Source of the DNA: Thalia democratica
Taxonomy: Eukaryota
Reading direction: 5' to 3'
DNA: 64,000 nucleotides
NCBI GenBank assembly: GCA_965202585.1
Contig: OZ241828.1
Coordinates: 76,198,001-76,262,000 of the forward strand
Positions 36,530 to 48,320 of the stretch are shown piece by piece (within the stretch, counting starts at the first letter, position 1; every line of letters begins with the position of its first letter). The position numbers were made by a program, and so were the translations under genes. The notes under the pieces are model-generated. The model searched no databases. It saw nothing but the letters and a program-made list of their open reading frames with translations, and was not told the DNA's origin.

Positions 36530-37621
36530 CTGTTGAATTACATTGAAATTCATTAAAAATTTATAATAAATGATTAAATTTTTCCTTATTTTAAAACTAA
36601 ATTAGACTGTTTCTTTTTTTTTCAAAACATTTTATACAGGTAAAATGACTGCAAAACAGATTTTGTTTGTTGCAAAATGCGAATTTGTTGATAAAGGTTT
36701 TTATATGTAAGTGATTTTTTTAAATATTAGAAACTTAGTTTTACTAAATTTTTAAAACTCATTTTGCCAAAGTTTATCTAAATATAATTACTAATAGAAA
36801 CAATTTTCAGTTAAAAAAAACTTAAGCAGATATATTCCTTTACAGCATGTGACTAAATGGATAAATTTTTATTACTAGAAATTAAAAGCAATAAAGTATT
36901 TTAATACTACATATGATCACATTATGAAAACAAAAAATAAATTAAATGCTTTCAATTAAAGTAAATACTATTTATAGTATTATCAAAATTTATGCCAAAT
37001 GTTTTTTTAATTAAGCAGTAATCTATATTTTTAAATATGTAAAATAATATACAACTTTTTGACTTATATAAACATACGGGACAAAACCTACTTTAAACCT
37101 CACTATGTCGTTTTCTTTTCATTTACAAATCAGTTTAAGCGTAGATTAATTTTATACGATGTTTAAACAAAACTTCTAGTAAATTTATGCTATTGAAAAC
37201 TACTTTATGAAGCAGATTTTATAATTTGTGTGACTGAAACTTATTCTCGTTGCAGCATTTTCTATTCATACTTAATATCAGTTTTAAAATATTTGTATGA
37301 AGTTTAATTTAATCATGAGTGTTTTTTTAATCGCACTCATAACTTTTGAGTTAAAATAAAGTAGAAATTATTAGATAAATAGCTAAACTTTTAAGAACAA
37401 TTTATTATACTATAGAGTTGATTTTTCTCTAACCAGGAGACCTTAAAAAATGATTTTAAATATACATTTAAACCTTACTAGGTTAATCATTACGAGAAAA
37501 AATATACTTTTTGTTAATAGATATAAATGATACAGCAATAAAGCATATTATATATATGTACTAACAAACAAAACATATAAAACTAACTGCATAGTAATCA
37601 AAATAAATAAAACGAACTCAC

Positions 37622-37948
37622 TTTACGACCAGTGTGTCGTTTTGCAGCTAGCGAATTTGACAATTTAAACTTTAAGATGTCATGTTGCGGCGACGAGTCG
37701 AAGTACGAATCCCTATCCCCCACTGACAAGCCGTTGTTCGAGTTGAAGCCAGAAGAATTGGAGGCGAATGAAGACGAGGTCACCGAGGAAGACACCGAAG
37801 CGGGAACGGTCGTCGGTTGCGTTCCAGGAGACAGTTTCGTCACAGTCTGGTTCCTGGCGCGCTGCTTGAGCAGAATAGACTTCTTGTCAGTTGTGCTACC
37901 GACCTTGTTTCCATCTTGTTTCACATCATCCACCATGCCCCATGCACC
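37622..37948 (-). CDS. Gene 2 repeat exon A3 (109 codons)
   Basis: attaacag| acceptor, |gtgagt donor, 327 nt; 12-nt in-frame insertion relative to A1/A2. Confidence 0.8.
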
Positions 37949-40900
37949 CTGTTAATAACGTTGAAATGCATTAAAATTATAATAAATGATTAAAATTTTT
38001 CTCTTTTTTATTATAATTTACACTCTTTTTTTTTTGAAAACATTTTATAAAGGTAAAATGACTACAAAACTGATTTTGTTTGTTGCAAAAAGCACATTTG
38101 TTGATAATTTTTTTTATATATAATTGATTTTTAATATTAGAAAATAAGTCTATTGCATGTTTAAAGATAATTTTGCATAAATTTTTTTAAATAAAGTTAT
38201 ATAAAAAGTTTTAATGGAAACAGTTTAAACATAGTTTTTTAATAAGAAATTGTGAATACATAGATTATTTTAATTTTATTGCTTTAAGTTCAGAGCAATA
38301 AAATATTTGTTACACTTTATAACCTTTATTTTTAAATTATTTGACTTCTTTTGTAAAACTAATTGCCATTTGTGGTTATATCATAAAAGTTTGTGCCAAA
38401 AAAATTTTTATTAGGCATTAAATTTATTTTTTTTAAACTCTTAGCAAATTGTTTAATTTTTTTTAATCTATTGAACATACACGTGTATTTGTCAAAAAAC
38501 AACGGTTTTGAAAGTCTATGTATATTGAATATTTTAGAAGTTTGTTTTATAGATTTTACAATAAAAACACTTATTCTACACATTTTTAATCTAATTTTTT
38601 AAGTATATATAAATTTCCAAGTATTAAATTACTTTTAAAGCTTTTACTAGGTTCAAAGTACAAAATGTAAAATTAATGTCTTAAAGTTAAACAGTTGTTA
38701 AAACTGTACGTAGGTAAAAAAATAAGAATTTAGCTTGTAAAACTTTTTACAAGTTAAATCATAGGTTATTTTTTATATACAATCAAACAACTTACATAAA
38801 TAAATATTCCTAGTAGTAAAATTAAAACTAGCTTCTTCATGGTTTTTTTACGTATAAATGTCTGTATTAAATCAATATTTATACATGTGTTTATGTTCTT
38901 ATTCTTACGTTCTATTCTTTTTTTTTATACTAAATATTGAGCCTTAAAAAAAATCAGTAATAAATACATTCAAAAGTTTCAAAACAAAACATAATAAATG
39001 TTAAATAATTTACTTTTATAAACACTTGTAAAAATGAACGTTTAGTATGTAATCTTTAAATGATATAAAGACTCTAAGCTTTTAAAAATAACTTAAAACC
39101 AAGTATTTTTTATTATTTATTTTAACATGAAGAACGCTTTAGAATATTTAGAAAAAATATGTACTAAACACATTAAAAATTAATATTAAAATAAAAAAGA
39201 ACTGTTAACTTAACATAAACTCTAAATTCTTTACAACAAAATAACTTTACTCTTTTTTAAATGTTCAAACTAAATTAAAAAAAAACTGTCTCAAAACGCA
39301 ACTCTAGCAGTCTAGCCTTAAAAAAACGCTACACACAAAAACTAAACTTTTAATTTAGTCATAAAATGTATTGTATTAAATTGTTTATTTTGAAACTAGA
39401 TACTGTTGTTAAAACTAAAGTAAAATGCTTCTGTAAATATTTTTTTAAATTATATGTTTTTCTCATTATATGTATGTAAAATTAAGTCTTGAAAAAATAA
39501 ATTCATTATATTTTTTTCTTTCTTCCAAAAATACATAAAACATAAACATATTTTTGCATTCATTTAATATATTTTTAGCTAGACTATCGAGATTTTAATT
39601 TCTACAAGAAAATAATTAAAAACATTTTAAACTTAATTTTGGTGTTATGATGATTAAATATTTTTTACAATATTTTTTAGTTTTAAAACTTTAAGTTTTA
39701 CATAATGTTAAATAAACATAATTATTTTCATATCAATGTCAACTTATTTGTTTTTTTAACTTGCAAGAATTATTTGGCTAAAATGCCTTATGTTTTTTTT
39801 TCTTTTCAATTGTAGAACTAAATCTAGTTTAGTTGAAAACTTAACCTAAAAAATAAAGCTGGTAGTTTCGAAATCGGAAAGTAATAAAATCTTGTTTGTG
39901 TAAAACATCTAACAATGTAGTTTAAAAACTTTTATTTTAAATAAGCTCAGATGTAACAAATTTTTGATGAAATTTTCTTTTAAAGAAATATTATTGTAAG
40001 TACAAATTTTAGATTTAAACTTAACAATGTACCAACAGTTAAATTTTTTGTTTAGCTGACTAATGTCTTCTCATAGATTTTATAGTTTATTGTTAAATTT
40101 TAAATTTATCATACACACTATGATGAATAAACTATTTGATGGAAATATAGTCGGAATAAAGTGAAATTAGCCGTATTTAAAGATTAATAGTTGTAAAATA
40201 AATCTTTAAACCATTAATTAGGTTAAAATATTTCTGTTTAAGTGTTACAAAATTTGTCTCAGCAATTTTAACGTTCGCTTTTTTAAAGAAAAGTAGCTAA
40301 ATCCTGATAATATATAAGCTTTATACAGGTATATATTTTCAAAACATAAAACTCTCTTTAAAAACTTTAATTCACCGTATAGTTTTTTGGTTGAGTTTAA
40401 AAGAAAATTTAATAACAACTTAACTTAATAACAACTACTTTTAACTTTTAAAGTTTGCAAATATTTTATTAAGATGAAATTTAATGCTTTATTTTTCTTT
40501 TAACTTATGACTTTAGAAAAATTTACATTTTTTATTTTTCATTTATACCAAAGTTTCGCAGACTTAGTTAATTTTAAGTTGTGTATTAACCTACGTGACT
40601 GTTAGAATATACCGTAACAGTTTATTTTTGTACAAAATTTCAAATTATGTTCAAAATCGTCTAAAACTATAGCTAGTTAAAATAACATTTAAAGTAAACT
40701 GTCTCAATTCTTAAAACAAAACACTCGATTGCTTCAACAGGCTACCTACTATTTTGTTCGTTACTAAATCTAATAAAATCATTTAGTCAAAAATATACAA
40801 AAAACATTAACAAGTATGTTTTGAAAAATTTGTTTAAAGTAAAAAAAAAACCTTTTCTAAACTTAATATGAGCTTTAAAAGATAAAAGCATATTAAGTTT

Positions 40901-43900
40901 AATTAACAGCTTTAGTACTATTATGACATATTAAAGTCATGCTTCCCTTTATTTAAATTTAAAACCAGCTGTAATAGTGTTTAAAAGCTTAATCATATGA
41001 CAATAATGCACTTAAGTTCTTTGAAACTGTAAACATCAGGTTAAAATAAGGTTAGAAATTGGTAAGAAAGTCAGATGACTTTTTATATAACAGTTCAAAA
41101 AAATAACTAAAATTATAACTTTAAAGATAAGATTATGTATTGTACTACTTTGTATTTCTACAAACTTATTTTATTTACAAAACGCATATTATTCGAGTTT
41201 TTTTTTTGATAGTTATAAAATTTAATTAAGTTTTAGGTTTTAAAACGAAAACATTTAAAGTTTATACAAAATAACGAAATAAAACAAATACTTTTCTGTA
41301 TTTTAAACAAGATAACGACGCTAGTTGAGGTTAACCAAAAATGAATTATCCTTTTTATTGTGTAATTGGGTCACTATTTTCATTGTTAAATTGTTTTCTT
41401 GTTTTAACAGTTTGCAAAACCTAAGCAAAAGTTATTAAAAAAATATTTCGGTATAAGCAAACCCTTTTGTTAATAAAAAAAAATTCTATGACTAAGTCTT
41501 TGAAAATACAATTTTAAACACAAAAAATGTTTAAGTATGTTTTTACTTCTAATAAACTGACAAAGTTAGTTTTTAATATGCTATTTAAATTTTCTTTAAA
41601 AAAATACACAGTAGGATATTTTAAAAAATTATCAATTAGCTTACAGTTTTTGAAGTCCAAAGAAAAATTATTACTAAAGTTTTTAAGGCTCAAAGTATTA
41701 ATAAGCGAGTGTCTAAGAAATAAAAAACATAAAATTTTTATATATTCTATATAGTGCTTTTTATTAAGAAACCACATTAAACAAAAGTACTAATAAAAAT
41801 AAGTTGACAAATAAATGAGACAGTTTATAATAAGTACATGGTTGTTGTTCGAAATACTTTTAAACTAATTACAATAAAATTATTTATCTATGATACACTA
41901 CATACTGTAAAACGTTAAAGCGTTAATACTATTTTTTGTTTTTGCAAAAATAGCTAAATTTACAGTTTATTATAATAAAAAAGTAAACAATTTAGAAAAC
42001 TTGTAAAACTTCATTTATCTATTTTGTCTATCACTCGGCTATTAAATGAGAAAACTGTTTTAAAACTTATGAATCAATTCAAGTTAGGTGTATAATTTAT
42101 AAGTTCGCAGTTTTAGTTTTATTATTTTTTTAAAAACTTAAACTAAAAGGATAATTTTGAACATTTTTTTATCTAACACTGAATAACTAAAAAGTGTTTT
42201 TAAATTTTTATTCTAGGGGGAAATATTTAAGGTATTTATTTTAAGTTTTATAACTAAAACCATCAGAAACTAAACATAGTAACACAAAAAGTACAATGGG
42301 TAAAGGTTATCGCTGGTTTACATAAAAGGATTAATATTTGTTTTACAATCCTGTTTTAGAATCCCGTTGCAGTAATGTGATTTAAGTTTTCTGTAAAGCT
42401 GAAAAAAAAAGTTTGTTTTAAGTTTATACCAAGCGTGAAAACTTGATCGAGTTGAGTGTTAAAGAGTTTTAAATAATGTTCAAATGTGAAAAGAAAGTAC
42501 TTTGTATATAAACTAATTTGTGGTACATATTGAACATTAAACTTTTTACTATTGTTTTTAATATAGGTACTGTTTAAACAAAGATATATTTTTTAAATTA
42601 AAAAATTTTAAACGTTAAAGAAAAAAAAAGACGGTTCTAAATTAAAAATAAATAATACCAATTAGTGTTGAAAAATGATGAATTTTTGGTTAAACTTTTA
42701 AAATTGTGTCGTAAACAAGACGTTAAAAAGTATCCAAATAGGTGTGCGACTCGATAAGCGAAATATTCTTTCGTACAACAGACCTAAGGACCAAAAATTT
42801 TGAGACTTTTTGTCGTTCAATAAACTGTAATATGGTATGGTAGGGTTTGTAATTTCTATTAATATTAAATTGTCGTCATTTGTCTTCAATAAACTTTTAA
42901 ATTCAACTAAAGATGTGAAATTTTTTATTTGTTTATTTTTCAGCACATTTTTTCTATAATCAATAATTAACTACAACTTAGCCTTTTAAAATATGACTTT
43001 GGACAGAAAACTTTTTTTAAATCTATTGCGACCTGATAAGATTTAATTAATATACTGTTAGTACTTTTTTCCTGATAAAAATTTGTGTAAGTTTATTTTG
43101 TACAATACATTTAAAATGCTTTTAAACAGTTTTTGCTCTCTTTAGAAATAATACTGTTAAATGTTTTAAGGCTCAAAGAAGTAAATATGGAGAGCTTTTT
43201 GTAAAAAGTAAACTAATTCTTACATGGTAAACATAATTTAAGCAAATAAATTTAAAGAATTTAAAGAAGCTAGATGTTTGTTTTTATTTATCTTTAATTA
43301 TTTAAACTTTTGTCATATAAACAATTAACATAATTTTAAATTAAATAATTATTTAAATAATAGATTAATAACAGTTATGGAAGTAACAAATATCTATACA
43401 TATTCTATTGTCTACGACTTTTTAAACCTAATTGAGCAAATATTAATAAACTTGCCATATAAACAGCTTTCGATGATGAACAAAGTTTAAAAATAGCTAA
43501 GTTAAATTAATCTTTTAGAATTAAATTAATCTATCATATAATATTTGATTTTTAGTAGTACAAAACTAATAACTATCAAACAAAACAACAGTTTAATAGT
43601 GTCGTTAAAAAATTTAAGAACAGAAGCAGGTTTTTAGATTTATTATCAGGGGCATATTTTCATGGAAGTATGATCTTCTATTAAATTTTTATTTTTTATG
43701 TATTTTGTAATACTCGTAACACGGGTCATGTGCGTAAACTTTCTACAAAAAAAAATTTGCGAAAATCCCTCTGCTTTTCAGTATATAAAATCTGAGATAA
43801 GTTGCAGCTTCTTGATGTTAAAATTATCAACACTGAATATTATACAAGGAGACAGGGTGTTAACATTATGTAAAAAAACTACCATGCTATAACTATATTA

Positions 43901-44124
43901 TGCATATGTCATATAAAAAGGTACACAGTATCGTTTACATATTCTCAAAAATATTGCTGTTACCTATATATTTTTAGATTTAAACAATATATATAAAATA
44001 TAAGTACATCATGAATAAACTAGTTATTCTAGTTACCATTATCGATGAAAATAAGAAAATTTTAACCTAAGTTTTTAATTTTTTAATGTATAGGTTTTTA
44101 ATTTACTAGATATTTGAAAAGTAT

Positions 44125-44125
44125 G

Positions 44126-44170
<45 letters not shown>
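44125..44170. repeat. (TA)n microsatellite
   Basis: Direct reading. Confidence 0.9.
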
Positions 44171-44171
44171 G

Positions 44172-44489
44172 TTTATTGAAATGGCGATTTTAAAAATTCT
44201 AGAGCATATGTTTCATAAAGCTTTAATTTTTCATAAAGCTTTAATCATCAGCCAGTTAAATTCAAAATAAAAAGCACTGTACTAAACAAAGATACAAAAG
44301 TTATGCAAAAAAAAACAAAAAACAGTATGACGTAATATTGTACATTACAAATATTCAGTACAAAAATTGATCTACCTTCTAACTAATCAAACAACTAAAA
44401 CTAACGAAAACAACTGAATTTAACTGGCTGATGATTAAAGCTTTATGAAACATATGTTCCAGAATTTTTAAAATCGCCATTTCAATAAA
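44172..44489. mobile_element. Fold-back/MITE-like element, about 75-bp inverted arms
   Basis: 44172-44264 (with an internal 18-bp duplication) is the reverse complement of 44415-44489; absent from arm 1. Confidence 0.7.
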
Positions 44490-44645
44490 TTATTTAAAAG
44501 CCCTTCAAGTGGGCTCAGTTGAAAGTGTTTAAGTTTAAACATTATCCTTATTTTATATATATGTATATATATATATATAGAATTAAGTTATAACTTGATA
44601 AATCAAATCTTTCACACTGAGCGCACCTTAAGGGCTTTATTAAAA

Positions 44646-44996
44646 AAAGGTTTATTTAAAGATGTAAAACTCAAAGGACTCGAGTTTCGTGTAATGCACT
44701 CATCAGCTTCAAAACAAGTTTAAAATAAAGAACAAAACAAAACACGCCAATGAAACTCACTGAAGTTTTATGAATTTTTGCCAGTTTATTGTCGATTGGT
44801 AAATTAATTTTTGCACAAGCCATTTTGCATTATTTTTGATAGTTTCAAAACTACGTCATAATCTATTTATGCTAAATTTTTTGACTTTCATTTGTGTGTT
44901 TTGTTTTGTGCTTTATTTTAAACTTGTTTTAAAGCTGATGAGTGCATAATCACGAAGCTCGAGTCCTTTGAGTTTTACATCTTTAAATAAATCTTT
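44646..44996. mobile_element. Second fold-back/MITE-like element, about 95-bp inverted arms
   Basis: 44651-44745 is the reverse complement of 44896-44991; ends at a TA repeat; absent from arm 1. Confidence 0.72.
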
Positions 44997-45013
44997 ATAT
45001 ATATATATATATA

Positions 45014-45180
45014 GTTTATTGAAATATACGATTTTAAAAATACTGGAACATATGTTTTATAAAAACAAAAAATATTGTCTTTAATCTTTAGCCAGTTCAA
45101 ATTTAAAATAAAAAGCACTTTGGTAAACAAATATGCAAAAGTTTACAAAAATACAAAAACAATATGACGTAAGAATTGAA
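45014..45180 (+). repeat. Degenerate partial direct copy of the 44172 element
   Basis: (ta)n-gtttattgaaat...gccagtt...aataaaaagcact...atgacgtaa matches 44161-44340. Confidence 0.7.
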
Positions 45181-46220
45181 AATTGTACAGTACAAAAATA
45201 TATATATTGTACGTTTTAAGGTTTAAAAAATTTAGATACAATTTTGTTTTCTTTAATGCAACAAAATCTGAATACAGCATCAATAAGATAACAATTTCGT
45301 AACAAAGAGAAGTTAAAAACGTAAACTGAACTCTTTTTGTTTATCAAGTAACTATTAGCAACTCATCGCCACGATTTCCAGTTTTTAAAATAATTAAATG
45401 ATATCTTATTAAAATGTTTTTTGCAAAAAATAAATAAATAATAATAATACCAAGTTTTTAACTGCATTAAAAACCTTCAGATTTGTTATACAGTAAGCTT
45501 TTGAAGAAAATATTCTACCTGAACTAAATTGGTTAAATTTATATTTTATTACTTATACACAAATTAATATGACTAGTTAATAATTATGAATAAAAAAGTT
45601 AACAACAAATAAAGATGTACAGCATTTTGAGTTTTTAAGAATTTACTACTCGAAAAAATACTGTTTATACTGAACAATAACACTTTTGAGATATACTTTA
45701 AAATACTTCAAACTTGAACAGTTTGTAGTGTAAAACACTTTTTAAAGTTTAAAGGGAAACCTATTTTATTATCTAATACTTAGCAATGATTTAAAAACTA
45801 CATCCTGTATTTAAATCGCCTATGTAAAGTAACACATTTTACTTATATGTAGAAAGTTCAAGTTAGGTTGTAGTCATAACAAAAAAGGAAGACGAAAGCT
45901 CAGTGTATTTTTCAAAACGTTCGTGTAATAAAAATAAAATGAGTAACCTAAACATACTTATGTAATGAAACTAACATTTCATTTCAATATTTTAAAGCTC
46001 GTAAATAAATATGTAATTTTTTGTAACAATAAAAGCTTTTCCAAAACATTTTTAATAATTCTCAAAACAAGCTTTTCCAAATTTATTTAAAAGCGGATGT
46101 TGTAAACTATTTTACGCAGATTTCGTGACGTTCTTCCAGTATTATAAAAACAAACATTTTTTATTGTTAGGAGTTACATTTGTTTTAGTGCTTATAAAAC
46201 GGAATTTGACTTGCATTTAC

Positions 46221-46253
46221 TTGCAGTAGCAGTTTCGGCAGTAGCAGTATCAT
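46221..46253 (-). CDS. Candidate signal-peptide exon of gene 2 (MILLLPKLLLQ)
   Basis: CAA|gtaaat phase-0 donor; joined to a repeat exon gives MILLLPKLLLQGAWG; 8-kb intron and weak start context make it tentative. Confidence 0.35.
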
Positions 46254-47879
46254 TGGTTTTTGGTAAAGCTCGAAATGTTGTATTATAAAATATTTAAGTT
46301 TAAGTCTGAAATACTTCGTTTTCTTTAGTTTAAGATACTTCTTGTTTCTTGTGTTCAACTGTAGTCTTAGTTAGTGTGTCGTGTGACTATTTTATATTTG
46401 TAAATAAACTTTTGTTGACTTTTAAATATCTTAGATGTATTTATCTCATCTAAAAATATCTATCCCCATTTATTACCCCTAGCAATTTAGATTGGATAAT
46501 TAGACACCACGTCGGCATCTCTTATCAAGACACTTAGTTGCAAATGGTGAATAAAAATGCACATGTTAGAAATATATACAAAAAACTATTGATAAAAAAA
46601 AGTATTGATATTAAAACAAATTAACTGAACCCTCGTACTTTGTAATGATTATTATAGCATCAAGTTTTAGTATAGTTTAAAACTAACTAAATAAAAGGTT
46701 TATAAGTTTTAACAGCTAACTTGTTTTACAAGAAGTACTTTTTATTTTAACTGTTAAAAATCAAAATTTAATTAGCTATTTGTTAACCTACATATTTTAA
46801 ACAGTACTATTTTAATATAAAAATGATAAAAGTTCGTAAGAAAATGCTAGTGTACAGAAAAAAAAGATAATAGTTTTTTTTTTTATTTTTTTAGCTTAAT
46901 TACTTATTTTGATATTAATCTTAAATTGTCATCAAAAACTTAACGGTTCAATTTGCTGAGTTAAATTACTTTTTCTAAGTAAGTAAAAAAGAATACACGT
47001 GCACAGTAAACTTCCTCTTTCGCACTTTTTAAGTTTGATCTTCCTGTTTTATTCGCAGCTTTCACCAAAAAAAACTAGCATTTTTAATCGCTAATACAAA
47101 CTGTATACAAAATACGCATGATAGTATCATTTATTTATTTTCCTTTAGTTTGACTTGAAAAAGTATTAGTTAAGTTTACAATACTATTTAAAAAAAACTA
47201 GCTCACACTTTAACAACAATAGATTAAATATCAATTCTAACTGAACTGTTTTGTTAGTAAGGATGATAAATAGTTCATCTGTTTAAATAGCAAAGCATTA
47301 AAATAATCGATTTTTTACCTACAAAGATTTAAATTTATTTTCTGAAATGACTTTAATTAGATTTGTCGCCAATAGTTGATCTATTTAAGTTTTTTTTGAC
47401 AAATACAAGTTTGTTTATATAAATTTTAAAATAGTTTAACATTTTTGCTACGAATATTTAAATTACACATTACTGCCTAATTAAAAAGTCGTTTAGCACA
47501 AACTTAGATAATTAAATTACAAAAGGCAATTAATTTTATGTTTAGCAACTGAATAAACTCTTTCAAAAAAGTTATAAAATGTATAGAAAAATTTACTGCT
47601 TTGAACTTTAAGCAATAAAATATTTATCTATGTATTCATATGTTCTAATTTAAAAAATAATGTTCAAATTGTTTCCATTAAGCTTTTATCGATAACTTTA
47701 TTAAAATAGAAACTTGTGCAAACTGAGTTTTAAATAAGCAGTAGAGTTATTTTTTATACGAAAAAAGCACTTGTAAATATGATTTCTTTAATTAACAAAT
47801 GCGCTTTTTTGCAACAAACATAATCAGTTTTGTAGTCATTTTACCTTTATAAAAGGTTTTGACCATAAAATAAAAATAG

Positions 47880-48123
47880 CGGTGTAATATCAAAATCCAC
47901 CCGCGTTCAAAATCCACCCGATTTTATTACATTTTCTTTATTTACTTGTTTTTTTTTGTCTTTTTTTATTTATTTTATTTTAATTACTTTTCACTATCAC
48001 CGTTACCCCTATCCCTTACCCTCGTTCGGTAAGCGGTTCTCGAATTTGACTGGATGGATTTTGATCGGGTAGATTATGAACGCGGGTGGTTTTTGATCTT
48101 GGTTGGATTTTGAACGTTTCCCG
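47880..48123. mobile_element. Non-autonomous TIR element (about 244 bp) with 6-7-bp target duplication AAATAG(C)
   Basis: Inverted subterminal repeats TCAAAATCCACCCG / CGGGT(G/A)G(A/T)TT(T/A)TGA; AAATAGC on both sides; empty site in arm 1 near 23110. Confidence 0.8.
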
Positions 48124-48209
48124 AAATAGCAAACTAAATTTAAGATAAAATAAGAAAAGTTTTATTCATTTATTATTAAGTCTTAAATAATTTTAATGTT
48201 ATTTAATAG

Positions 48210-48320
48210 GTGGACGTGGTGCTAATTGGGTGATGTGAAAGAAGATGGTAGTAAGGTTGATAGTATAACTGACAACGAATCTATTAAAGAAAATTATTAC
48301 AATTTCTTTAAATCTCTTTA
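48210..48320 (+). pseudogene. Relic gene 2 repeat exon (inverted partner of 22930-23032)
   Basis: WTWC*LGDVKEDGSKVDSITD, in-frame TAA. Confidence 0.6.

Larger units (their letters stand above)
32940..38200. repeat. Tandem array of about 2.0-kb units (offsets 1779 and about 2025 bp) carrying the gene 2 repeat exons
   Basis: Near-identical blocks 33792/35571/37598 and 34303/36326 with shared intron sequence. Confidence 0.92.

Noticed and set aside
33826-37955. Plus-strand 103-107-aa ORFs (MCRFAASEFDNL...) overlapping repeat exons A1-A3
   Set aside because: They share the third codon position with the minus frame (typical shadow ORF). A1 vs A2 changes are more often synonymous on minus (4 vs 2 by hand), and minus has canonical splice sites at both ends that join downstream exons in phase
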